A DNA stretch of 64,000 bases from a virus. Lineage: Duplodnaviria; Caudoviricetes. The stretch spans positions 19,776 to 83,775 of the IMG/VR virus record IMGVR_UViG_3300021255_001778, one strand, 5' to 3'. The notes beneath the pieces were generated by a model. The model had not been told where the DNA came from. It saw only the letters and a list, made by a program, of their open reading frames with translations, and did no database searches. Of the stretch, positions 42,171-51,528 are shown piece after piece; positions within the stretch are counted from its first letter, which is position 1; the number at the start of each line of letters is the position of its first letter. Made by a program: the position numbers and the translations under genes.

Positions 42171-43276
42171 TTAAACCCCCATTCCATACAGCATGTCGAT
42201 TTCCTCAGTTTTGTATTCTTCGTAATTCTGGACGATAAATTCCGTTATCATATCCGATGTATAACCCCACTCTCCATCATCCTCATACATACGATATACT
42301 TCAACGCCATCGACTACATTTGCATCAGTGATTGTCATAATTTCACCGGCGAAATCTACCATTTCTTCACGCACGAACCATGAATAATCGCCTCCGTAAT
42401 GTAATTCTGGATCAATACGAACCCTGTCTCCTACTTTATACATAATTACACCTCGTATAACATATCTATGTCTTCTATTTCGTAATGTCCTTCTTTAGCT
42501 AATCCAATGAAACATTCTGTAGACCATACCCAATTACCATCATCCTCTTCTATATGATACCTCTCGTCTTTCGTTAATCGTATGATCTGACTGATCGTAA
42601 CCTCTCGTCCGGCGTACTCTAACATTTGTGGAACTACGTAAAGCCCACCAATAGGAAGATATGAGTCACCAAGCAACTTATCGCTAACTATCACTCTATC
42701 CCCAACACCGTATGTATATTCCATGTTATTCACCCGTATAAAACACTAATTTCCTCGACATTATATTCACGCTCAATATCTTCAAACATATCTTCCCCCC
42801 AACTATATCTTTGTCCATCCTCTACTATCAGATAATATCGATTTGCCGTAATATCAAAAATAGTCACCTCTTGCCCCATAAGACTCGCAAGTGTTTTAAG
42901 CATTTTTACGTCTGATATCTTTTTCGCAGCGATTTCTGCCTGTCGTTCACCTATAACAACTTTATCTCCAACATTATATTTCATTGATAACTACCTACTT
43001 ATCTCATTAGAGATGTCACCCATATAGCAACGAAATGTCCTCGGCCTCTATCTGATATTCCGGAACTTCTAATCTTTCTAACATCGTAGGATGCCAGAAA
43101 AATCTATATGGATCTTCGACTAACAATACACAATCGGAATCAGTTTCAAGAACCGTCATTACCTCACAAATAAATTTATTCATCCCAGTTACATAAAAAT
43201 CAATATCCGGTCCGACCTCATTCAAATCTTGACGAACCATTACAATATCTCCTGGCTTAAAATCCATATTTATCAC
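42171..43276 (-). CDS. Four tandem paralogous small acidic proteins (SH3/KOW-like N-terminus)
   Basis: 42171-42443, 42446-42733, 42730-42984, 43016-43276 start (Y/F)xVGDxV and end with (E/D)IxxLY. Confidence 0.75.
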
Positions 43277-43691
43277 CCAAAAATTAAGTTAAAAGTATAG
43301 TGAAAAAGTTCCATCACATTCCATGCGAAAAGTAGCAGTAATGTATCGACCACTTTCTCCGAGAATTTCCTTGAAATTTTCATCTGTCATGTTACTTCTC
43401 TTGATTGCCTCGATCAGCCGCTCTTTTATTGATATTTCTAATTCCTCGCGTTCACATTTCTTCATGATTACCACATGCCTATTTCCCTGTATTATTTTTC
43501 TGGCCGGACGGAGCCTCTCACTCCTGCAGCACTCCTGCGTGGATGTCAGTATCTTTTTAACGTGGTACGATCCCACTTGTTCCACCGTACGGGAGCGGAT
43601 TATTGTCTTCACCGTGTTTATCTTTCACCACCGACCATAAGACTAAAATGATTTAGATTCCGTGCGGGTACCCCCGAACAAGCGTGCCCGC

Positions 43692-43714
43692 AAACCCGCA
43701 TAAATACTGGGTTT
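43692..43714. other. Palindromic site AAACCC-11 bp-GGGTTT, possible tyrosine-recombinase target
   Basis: AAACCC GCATAAATACT GGGTTT; same 11-nt-spacer geometry as the inverted repeat at 7559-7590; about 0.7 kb downstream of the third recombinase. Confidence 0.4.
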
Positions 43715-43994
43715 TTTGAAAAAAACCTTATAAGAAAAAAGAAAATTTGTACGACAAAACCAAGAATTAGAAAGGAGAAACTTGGTTGAAATCTAAATCA
43801 TATTCATCTTCATATTCGCGAAACTGTTGTTTTACTCTTTCTTCCATTTTTATGTACTGAATCCTGCGATTTTCAGCGCACCATTCACATCCTCCGTGGT
43901 TCCTGCACGTTCTATCGAACGCTTTACTTCCGTGATATTCTTCTCTGTATTCTTTTCCGTGCTCAATTGCCTTGTCTAAACTCATTGCAAGCTC

Positions 43995-44378
43995 CTATGT
44001 GAATAACAGCTGTATGTCCTCTGTTTCGTATTCAATGTTCGACGAATGCCTAAAATCAAACATAAATATCGACCACGAAAAGCCTGTGTATTCGCCATCA
44101 TCTGTTACTAAAAGATGTCGTGTGCTTTTAAGATCGTCATCTATACAAAATTCAATTCCGTACTCACAAATTGTATCAAGTACACATTTATCATACCCAC
44201 CAATCCATTCTGTTATTGCGCCTTCTATCCCACTCACTATAAGTTCTTTTCCTTTATACTTTTCCATTTCCTGTATAAAGCCAAATGGTAATGACATAAG
44301 ATAGTTAATATCGTCTCTAATTCTTACCCTATCGCCGATGCAAAAATCAGCTATTAATTTATCATCTATCGTGGCCAT
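43995..44378 (-). CDS. Fifth member of the small acidic paralog family
   Basis: FCIGDRVRI N-terminus; ends EYETEDIQLLFT. Confidence 0.7.
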   Translation of the reverse strand: MATIDDKLIADFCIGDRVRIRDDINYLMSLPFGFIQEMEKYKGKELIVSGIEGAITEWIGGYDKCVLDTICEYGIEFCIDDDLKSTRHLLVTDDGEYTGFSWSIFMFDFRHSSNIEYETEDIQLLFT

Positions 44379-44381
44379 ATT

Positions 44382-45191
44382 TTACACCGCCTCCAATTCA
44401 ACAATCTTGCTGCTTAAAATCTCATCCTCTTCCGAACTGCCAAGATTCAAATTCCTGTATGCTTCTGCAATCTCATCTCTTGATATGCCGATATACGCTA
44501 AAGTTTGTTCCGGAGATGAGTGTCCGAAGATTTTCTGAAGTAACAACAGCTGTCTCTGATCATTTCCGCCACGAACCATTACCCAGTATGCGAATGTTTT
44601 CCTGAGTGTGTGTGTAGACATATGTATATTCAGATCGCATTCTCTGGCGATCCTCTTCAGAATTCTGTCGATCGTGCTTCTGTTTAGTGGATTTCCTTTT
44701 TCAAGCCCGTTAGTTGACTCGCTCATGAACATGTAATCGCTCAGACTAATTCCGGGCGTATTTTCCAGATATAATGTAACCGCCTCAATAACCGCTCTGT
44801 TAACCGTTATGTATCTGTTCTTTTTACGTTTTCTCGTGTTCCTTGTCTTGATTTCAAAAACCGGAAAGCTATCCTTGAACGTTAGGTTGTCGTTAATCAG
44901 ATTGGAAAACCTTAAAAGCCTAAGATCACTGACTCGCAATCCGAAGTTAATTCCTACGATAAACAGCATGTTATCCCTGTACTGTTTCTTGGAAATCAAA
45001 TGATTGGAGATTTTTCGAATATCATCCATGCTCTTGATCGCTTCGGCTGCGTGTTCCGGAGCGATTTCACAATGCGTCTCTTCTTTTGCCGGAGCAATCA
45101 GGCTCGCATCGAGGCGAACAACGTTTTCCCGAAGGCTTTTTACGTCGATAAAATCGTTCTTTTGTGTTCGAAATTCCACGATCATATTCAA
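44382..45191 (-). CDS. Tyrosine recombinase, catalytic domain only
   Basis: GLRVSDL, EIKT, HTLRKTFA, FGHSS...TLAYIG. Confidence 0.9.
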   Translation of the reverse strand: MNMIVEFRTQKNDFIDVKSLRENVVRLDASLIAPAKEETHCEIAPEHAAEAIKSMDDIRKISNHLISKKQYRDNMLFIVGINFGLRVSDLRLLRFSNLINDNLTFKDSFPVFEIKTRNTRKRKKNRYITVNRAVIEAVTLYLENTPGISLSDYMFMSESTNGLEKGNPLNRSTIDRILKRIARECDLNIHMSTHTLRKTFAYWVMVRGGNDQRQLLLLQKIFGHSSPEQTLAYIGISRDEIAEAYRNLNLGSSEEDEILSSKIVELEAV

Positions 45192-45972
45192 AATCTCCTT
45201 TCATTTTAATATTTTTTTCACTATATTATATTTAATTAGTATACTTTAATGTCTAAATTTATTGTGTACGTAAGAGTCTACCTATTCCGCTATCGTATCT
45301 GTATCAATATCGTCTCTCTCTAGGAGGATACGTATCTCTTATCGTACCTGTATATCTATCAAAAACCTGTTCGAAAATGTAATATCTATCATCTTCATCG
45401 TAAACATTATTTTCTGTAAGATATCTATATCTGTCATCAAAGCTACGAACAATCAGCTTTGTATCAACACCATGCTTTTTGAGTTGCTCAACAACCCAGA
45501 GCATCATCTGTCCTCTTGCAATGCCGCCTTCTTCACCATAAACACCCTTATTTAATTTGATATGATCTGCACAAATCCCTAATGGTGATGTGTCAAATGT
45601 GCCAAGACATCCATTTCCTGCTCGATATATCATTCTACAAGAGTCCATTAGATTGATTTTATCAAACCACGGCTCGTCTTTTGCGAACCCATATGCCTGA
45701 GCCTCTACAGCAGCATATTGTCTTTTGCTATACCAATCATTTATCTTTTTTTCAACTTCCTCATTAAATACAAGTTTTTCAAACTCATACCTGTTCCTTT
45801 TACTTCTTTCGTAATTAGCCTTGAAACCAGCACTCTGCCCGGAATCAATAAGATATCTAACCAGATAATAACCGCCACCAAAAATTACAAATAAAATCGA
45901 TAATGCAAAACCCATAACATCTCTCCTTTCTATATGTTAACAATACTTACGACATTCCCCTAATGTCAATAT

Positions 45973-46084
45973 TGGAGGAGGGGATTTGCACCCCTCACGC
46001 AGGGATTTCTGTTTTTGTAGTCACTCCAGGCTCTATTTCCTGCGCCTACCTGTACTGCTGCGTCTACTATTCCGCCACTCCTCA
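45973..46084 (-). ncRNA. Degenerate tRNA-Leu-like RNA with expanded central arm
   Basis: D region GGCGGAATAGTAGACGC, T-like arm AGGGG-TGCAAAT-CCCCT, GCGCAGG/CCTGCGT inner stem; acceptor register imperfect. Confidence 0.5.
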
Positions 46085-46172
46085 TTGCGATGATCTCTGC
46101 GTCCAAAGATCAGTACCTTATCTCCGCCGAGCCATTCAGTACTTTTTATCGCAAATTCCGCACGTCTGCGGA

Positions 46173-46233
46173 GTTGCCAGTGCAGGAATCGAACCTACAT
46201 CAACGTTGTTCTACCTTTAAACTAACTGGCAAC
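46173..46233 (-). ncRNA. 61-nt tRNA-like RNA lacking an anticodon arm
   Basis: GTTGCCAGT/ACTGGCAAC acceptor, D region AGTTTAAAGGTAGAAC, T arm GTAGG-TTCGATT-CCTGC, only about 9 nt between D and T arms. Confidence 0.65.
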
Positions 46234-46313
46234 TAATATGTAGCAATCCACCTACACCTAATTGCTACAGTAGGTGCAAGTCAAATTCTATGACTCTCCC
46301 CTACGGATCCTTT

Positions 46314-46388
46314 CTGCCAGTGCAGGACTCGAACCTGCGACAACCGCCCCCTTATGGCAGCGCCTCTAACCAACTGGGCTAACTGGCT
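46314..46388 (-). tRNA. tRNA-sized gene with atypical anticodon loop (reads AAG in standard register)
   Basis: Cloverleaf with anticodon stem CTGCC/GGCGG, loop ATAAGGG, T arm GCAGG-TTCGAGT-CCTGC; short variable loop does not fit Leu; identity uncertain. Confidence 0.55.
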
Positions 46389-46462
46389 AACGTATGTATG
46401 CGTCCATTCATACGTTCTGGGTTTCCAACAGTGTACGATGCATCATTATGTTTCCGCCCATA

Positions 46463-46534
46463 CAGCCCTTCCGGGATTCGAACCCGGGAATCAGTGAGTC
46501 AAAGTCACTTGTGTTACCGCTTCACCAAAGGGCA
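46463..46534 (-). tRNA. tRNA-Gln(TTG)
   Basis: Standard cloverleaf: TGCCCTT acceptor, GGTGAAGCGGTAACAC D arm, loop CT-TTG-AC, T arm CCGGG-TTCGAAT-CCCGG; CCA not encoded. Confidence 0.92.
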
Positions 46535-46743
46535 TTGTCGGCAGTCCATCAAAAGATCGTCAACAAAAATTCTTCTCTTTTCTAGAGATTCCTCAGTTCC
46601 TTTCGGTCACTGCTTCACTTTCCACCAACTGTGAACTGATGGCCGCCTCGCTACAGTTCATTTCCAACGGATACAAATTGATTTAGATAGAAACAAATGG
46701 TTTAAAATTACATTTTTGTTACGTATAACAGTTGCAGTATCCG

Positions 46744-46970
46744 TTTAGAGACACGGTTACTTTCCGCGAATGTTCTTCAGAACCCGGTATTCCTTGAACT
46801 TCTCTGAGCAACACTACACATCCAACTTACTATTCTGTGAAATTTATTTTGCGCATACACATGGGGTTGTTTAATCTGGACACCCATCTCCCAGACGGCT
46901 GATATGTATAGTATTCCCAGCGAGTATAATTCCTCCCAATCGGTAGGCTTTCACTCGCCGTGTCTCTAAA
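46744..46970 (-). ncRNA. Candidate 227-nt structured RNA closed by a perfect 13-bp stem
   Basis: TTTAGAGACACGG (46744-46756) pairs with CCGTGTCTCTAAA (46958-46970); ORF-free; begins right at the 3' end of the tRNA-like element at 46971. Confidence 0.55.
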
Positions 46971-47054
46971 TCGGAACGGCAGGACTCGAACCTGCACGGC
47001 CTGCGGTATGGGCGAACCATTGCCGCTGGAAGGCTACCATTACATCACATTCCG
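46971..47054 (-). ncRNA. tRNA-like RNA with anticodon arm replaced by an extended hairpin
   Basis: Acceptor CGGAATG/CGTTCCG, T arm GCAGG-TTCGAGT-CCTGC, central GCGG..ATGG-TTCGC-CCAT.CCGC hairpin. Confidence 0.65.
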
Positions 47055-47213
47055 TTAGTGTGCCGACGGATCACCTTTGAATTAAGCTCGACACACTGTT
47101 GCGATTCATAGGTTGCTATCACAACAAAACCCGCTCATCAATTTCCCAGTTTACTTGTTACAATTGGTCGATTGGTCACAAATCCACTGTTTCTGTTTGA
47201 CAGATAATGAGCA

Positions 47214-47350
47214 TCGCTGTGGAGGGAGTCGAACCACTCAGGTCTGGACAAATGTATTAGGGGAGTACACTTGCATACTAATAAGGGGTTTTGATTTGAA
47301 CTTTAGAAAGGAGAAATATTCACAAATCCCAGACCGTCCAATTCACAGCG
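47214..47350 (-). ncRNA. tRNA-like RNA (no D stem) with about 80-nt insert
   Basis: Acceptor CGCTGTG/CACAGCG, GGTTCGACTCC T loop, GTCTGG/CCAGAC stem enclosing the insert. Confidence 0.55.
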
Positions 47351-48085
47351 TTATTAGCAATCGGCAGAACCATATAAGGTAAAAGCACGTTCACTTATTG
47401 GCTACTTTCAGCTTTCACTACGCTCTAATCACTACATTGATATCCAATTGATTATCTTCTAACGATTGCCAGGCAAGGAAAAAACAGACGAAAACCTTCC
47501 CTTAGTATTACACGATGCATCCCTTTCGCATCGTGGACACTGCTTTTATTTGCAATCGTTGGGGGTATCGTAGCTTTAAATTGTAGTGTCAGCTGATACT
47601 CCAAACTTTCAGCCGCCGATTATTCAAAATTCCTCGACCTCTTCCCACGGAAGACAATACTTTCAATTCCTCTTGGATATTTAAAAGCTGTCCTAAGACA
47701 GATAGTTAAAATCACTATTTGAAAATCACTCTTAAATGTGATCTCTGTGATAACACCACCATATGATGTTCAGAACTTTTCTGATACGGTTTACGGTTGT
47801 CGAATCGAATCGCGGCTGGCGCATAACAAAGAGCGAATTGCGAAGTGCGCAGTGAGCATGATTGCCTTGCGAAGTGCTTGAGGCTCACCAATTCTTGTTA
47901 TGTATTCGCCTAAAATTTTCGCGAACTCTTCGAAATATTTAAACTGGACTCAATCCAGATTATTATTTCATGAAACGCTGTTCGTACTGTATTTCCGTAG
48001 AAATTCCTGTACTACTAAGCCGTAAACATACCTAGATTCCTTTACTAATATTGTCCCCCGAAGGAAGAAGCCGAGGCTTCAACCG

Positions 48086-48697
48086 TTACTCGAAAACCTC
48101 GATGATCTCATCGAATGTTTCATTTACATCCCACGGCGCATCATAATCAACCGTCGTGTTAATCATTACTGAATCGATTTCAGAAGAAACTTCATCAGCC
48201 TTTGCAATTACCTTACGCATAATTCTCTTAGCTTCGTCACGATCGTATCTATCCGTAAGGACTACGTCGATGTCGTAATAGTACTGCGTCTGATTCCCTT
48301 CCGCGTTGAACTTAAACGATGAACCTCTACGCACAGACTTGTTCGGTTTCCTGCCGAGCATAACCTTGATCGTTTTGTTCAAATTCTGACGGAATTTATT
48401 TGTTGCAACTGCAGATTCCACATCAAACGGAGTAGTCTGCTTCGCTTTCCCGATTGCTGTTGTGAGTTTCTCTTTTTCCTCGATTAGCTTCAGCATGAAG
48501 CGAATGACCTTGTCGTTTTCCGGAAATTCCGGAACCTCAACAACTTCTTCCTTATCCTCCACATCAGGATTTGCTGCATTCATATGATGGATGAGCTTTT
48601 CCTGAACGCAATGTGTATAGTCTACAAGACTCATCATTGCCGAGTCTTCAAGAGCGTCGAGAAAATTCTGATACCTGAATGATTCTTTAAGATTCAT
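48086..48697 (-). CDS. Conserved-looking hypothetical protein
   Basis: 203 aa, AAGGAGG SD, own sigma70 promoter (TTGACA-17-TATTAT at 48742-48770) and an 18-bp motif copy. Confidence 0.7.
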   Translation of the reverse strand: MNLKESFRYQNFLDALEDSAMMSLVDYTHCVQEKLIHHMNAANPDVEDKEEVVEVPEFPENDKVIRFMLKLIEEKEKLTTAIGKAKQTTPFDVESAVATNKFRQNLNKTIKVMLGRKPNKSVRRGSSFKFNAEGNQTQYYYDIDVVLTDRYDRDEAKRIMRKVIAKADEVSSEIDSVMINTTVDYDAPWDVNETFDEIIEVFE

Positions 48698-48766
48698 ACC
48701 GAACCCTCCTTATGCCATGTAAATGTATTGTTCCTGTAATGATAATACCACACCGTATGTTCTTTG

Positions 48767-49357
48767 TCAACACACTTCTATGGCATTTTTAAATTCCTTT
48801 GCGGTTAAAATTGCCGGAGCAAACAGCATATCTTCTGCTTCCTTTCTAGCCTTTACAGCATCATCGAAAATCTTGTAACTTCCGAGATTGATATACTGTC
48901 CTCTAAAACCGATGCCGGATATCCATCTCTTTGCTTTCTTATTCCATGAGACACCTACATAACCGCTTGAATTTTTCTTGCTTTTCCTCGGCTCTTTACT
49001 GATCTTATACATCTTCTTGTACAGCTTATTGATATCGAGGACTCGTTCGTCGTTTTCGAACGACTTTGCAATCATATTCCTACCCTTAGTGTCATCCTGT
49101 AAAACCGGAGCTATGTATTCTGCAATAGTATGCTGCTCGTACTTCAGTTCCTGCGGTTTATTACGCCTTCTAGAACGACATCCTTTCGATCCACATGACT
49201 TGGTTTTACCAGACATCAAATCAGCTTTCCGTATTTCCTTTACAGCCCCGCAATCGCATTTACAAACAACCTTTTCTTTGTTATTTTCACTTCTACCGAG
49301 GACTGTAAGTTTTCCAAATTTCTGTCCTGTGATATCTCTGTAAACCCCTTTACACAT
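48767..49357 (-). CDS. AP2-domain DNA-binding protein (homing-endonuclease-related)
   Basis: G.KFGKLTV...C.CDCG...L.SGKTKSCG N-terminus; NSSGYVGVSW...W...I...INLG.Y...DAVKARKEAE AP2 domain; no HNH motif seen. Confidence 0.8.
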   Translation of the reverse strand: MCKGVYRDITGQKFGKLTVLGRSENNKEKVVCKCDCGAVKEIRKADLMSGKTKSCGSKGCRSRRRNKPQELKYEQHTIAEYIAPVLQDDTKGRNMIAKSFENDERVLDINKLYKKMYKISKEPRKSKKNSSGYVGVSWNKKAKRWISGIGFRGQYINLGSYKIFDDAVKARKEAEDMLFAPAILTAKEFKNAIEVC

Positions 49358-49402
49358 ATATACTCCTTTCGTGTACTTTAATTTTCCCCATATAGAATTC
49401 CG

Positions 49403-49540
49403 TTACTTCTTTTCCTTTCTTGTTTTCCTGAGTCTCTCGTTCTTCTCGGCCTCATCAGCATTGAGTCTGTTCTGAAGTTTCTGCATCACGCTCTTAAATT
49501 TTGCATATTCAGTTTGTCTGCCAGGATGTTTACTGCTCAT
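49403..49540 (-). CDS. Small basic protein (45 aa) downstream of ncRNA cassette 3
   Basis: MSSKHPGRQTEYAKFKSVMQKLQNRLNADEAEKNERLRKTRKEKK; GAAAGGGGG SD before ATG 49540. Confidence 0.7.
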   Translation of the reverse strand: MSSKHPGRQTEYAKFKSVMQKLQNRLNADEAEKNERLRKTRKEKK

Positions 49541-49567
49541 TTTCCAACCCCCTTTCGGTTTAGATTT

Positions 49568-49799
49568 AGCACAATCCGAGTGTTTCTTTGCTTGTACTAG
49601 CGAAAGAAATACTTGCAATTTAGAATAATCTAAAATTGAGATTTATGAGGTATACAGCGAAACGGATCCTCGATCGGTGAAGCTGTATAGATCATAAATT
49701 GAAATTTTAAATTATTACGTTGTGAGACATTGTATTACCCCAGCGATCCGCGTAGGGCAGTCAATATGTATTAAGTACTTGACTAATTTTCATTGTGCT
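49568..49799 (-). ncRNA. Retron-like msr-msd cassette 3
   Basis: 8-bp flanking inverted repeat (49792-49799 / 49568-49575), then G49791-AAAAT, hairpin, conserved 23-nt core (49735-49757); long msd-like hairpin 49624-49716. Confidence 0.78.
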
Positions 49800-49807
49800 T
49801 TTGGATT

Positions 49808-50135
49808 GCTGTAATCCAGTTTACATCTAACAGATCATGATCAGCTATCGTTACTAGCTCAGTCAAATAAGTTAGTTTAATTGGTGCAACAAACTAACTT
49901 TTACTTGACACTTCGGAACTGTTTAGTGTAGTACGTGCTGTGGATGACCAAGTAAATAAGTGGGACATCTGGTTGAATTCAGGTTTGCCCGGTTCTCTTG
50001 CGTGCATTCCCTGCTTGTCCAAGCAGGGGTCGGGACCGGCTCCGCTGCAGGTGTCCGTTCCTCTTCTTGATCAAAGCGTTACTCCAGCGATCCGCGTAGA
50101 GTTCCCTATATAATAGGAAGATTTTCGATTACAGC
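49808..50135 (-). ncRNA. Retron-like msr-msd cassette 2
   Basis: 9-bp flanking inverted repeat (50127-50135 / 49808-49816), G50126-AAAAT, hairpin, 44-bp block identical to cassette 1 (50059-50102). Confidence 0.8.
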
Positions 50136-50305
50136 TATTCTTTCGGCAGTGGTTTCTGTTTCGGACAGAATTCCCACACACCTATATGTTTATATCCTTC
50201 TTCACCATCGTTGCAAAGGCGGAAATTCCCGCGCTTTACAGCCGATTGGCAATCGTAACACGGAGGTTCATTTGGTCTTGTGTTGACGCTTCTTCTTCGT
50301 CCCAT
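50135..50305 (-). CDS. Small Cys-rich protein (56 aa) immediately after the RT (absent from ORF track)
   Basis: MGRRRSVNTRPNEPPCYDCQSAVKRGNFRLCNDGEEGYKHIGVWEFCPKQKPLPKE; ATG directly follows the RT stop; AAAGGAGA SD inside the RT end. Confidence 0.7.
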   Translation of the reverse strand: MGRRRSVNTRPNEPPCYDCQSAVKRGNFRLCNDGEEGYKHIGVWEFCPKQKPLPKE

Positions 50306-51514
50306 TTAATCTCCTTTCAGATCCTTCTTAATTTCCCTCTCTATATCCACACCGAGTTTCTTGGAGAGATGTTTAATCGTATTAATGGCGTCCTCTTTTT
50401 CCACCATTTTATAGTAGTTGATGCTACCGTCCATGACCTGAACATCTGTAAGACTCCATTTGATACCACCTTTTTTGTCTTTGGCATAAGAAGAAACCAT
50501 CGCAAGCAGATTCTTTTTCTTCTTGTATCCAATTGTTATTTTGTTTTCGTTGTTGACGCAAACCCCTAGTGCGTAGTTGTGTCCGGCACGAGAACCGAAT
50601 CTTGTCTTCTTCTCATTCAGGGCAAACGGAGCATGAAAACTATCAAGCACACTGTTGATGTAGCTTTCCACCTTCTTGTGATTGAAGATGTAATCGCTCG
50701 AAACGATGATGTCATCTGCGTATCTTGTGTATATGCATTTGTTTTCCCTGTCCTCACCGTCTCTGTTTTTCCAACGGAAATTCCGCAGACCATTTGCCAT
50801 TACATAATCTATCGGGATCATAATAATGTTGGTAATCAACGGAGAAATCGGTGTTCCCTGCGGAAGAACTCCATCCAAAAACGCAAGCTCAAGAGCTGTA
50901 TCTAGTGCCTCTCTTCCTCGTTCAGACTTCATAATTTCCGAGAACGGATAGATCATAGAGAACATACTCATCGTATATTCCTTCGTGATCGATCCGAAGA
51001 AATTACTGAAATCGAACTTTGCAAACCATCTGCTATTGTTCTGCTGATGTTTTCTCATACAGTCTACAGTGCATCTATCTTCGATGTATGCAAAAGCAGA
51101 TGTATGATACAAAGCCAGCGTTCTGTGATTCTTTCCGAGAATCTGTCGTACTCCCGAACACTCCGTATCAAAAATCCCTTTCAGATTCCTGAGCGCATTC
51201 ATCAAAGGAGCTTCCGGTGCGTCAATCTTTCGAAGACCGCCGCTCTTCTTTGGAATATAGAACTCGTAATATAGAGAATGTCTGTCGACTTCCCGCAAGG
51301 ATTTTGTGCTTTCGTTATAAGCCTCAAGCATTTCGATAAGTCTTGGAATATTTACAAGCCGTTTGTATTTCCAGTCGTTTTTGATTTTGTATGTTCTCGT
51401 TGCTGTCCTGTCATTAGTCACAAACTTCTGTTCAATTTTGTCATCACCGAACAGGAACTCATCGAGTGAAATCTGATGAAATTCCGGCGGGCATTTGAAA
51501 ACAATGTACGTCAT
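50306..51514 (-). CDS. Retron-type reverse transcriptase (402 aa)
   Basis: IPKKSGGLRKIDAP, AFAY, FDFSNFFGSI, LPQGTPISP, YTRYADD, NEKKT and ALGVCVN (retron VTG-like region); start MTYIVF after AAAGGAGA. Confidence 0.92.
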   Translation of the reverse strand: MTYIVFKCPPEFHQISLDEFLFGDDKIEQKFVTNDRTATRTYKIKNDWKYKRLVNIPRLIEMLEAYNESTKSLREVDRHSLYYEFYIPKKSGGLRKIDAPEAPLMNALRNLKGIFDTECSGVRQILGKNHRTLALYHTSAFAYIEDRCTVDCMRKHQQNNSRWFAKFDFSNFFGSITKEYTMSMFSMIYPFSEIMKSERGREALDTALELAFLDGVLPQGTPISPLITNIIMIPIDYVMANGLRNFRWKNRDGEDRENKCIYTRYADDIIVSSDYIFNHKKVESYINSVLDSFHAPFALNEKKTRFGSRAGHNYALGVCVNNENKITIGYKKKKNLLAMVSSYAKDKKGGIKWSLTDVQVMDGSINYYKMVEKEDAINTIKHLSKKLGVDIEREIKKDLKGD

Positions 51515-51528
51515 CTCTATTCTCCTTT

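Noticed and set aside
47214-47350. tmRNA
   Set aside because: It has a tRNA-like domain without a D stem, but is only about 137 nt, with no tag reading frame or pseudoknots and no G3-U70 alanine determinant.
45963-47382. Plus-strand ORFs at 45963, 46394, 46398 and 47113
   Set aside because: They are antisense to tRNA/tRNA-like genes, lack SD sites and have atypical composition.
47900-47930. Possible fourth retron cassette (hairpin followed by AAATTTTC)
   Set aside because: It lacks the CAGCGATCCGCGTAG core and a matching flanking inverted repeat.
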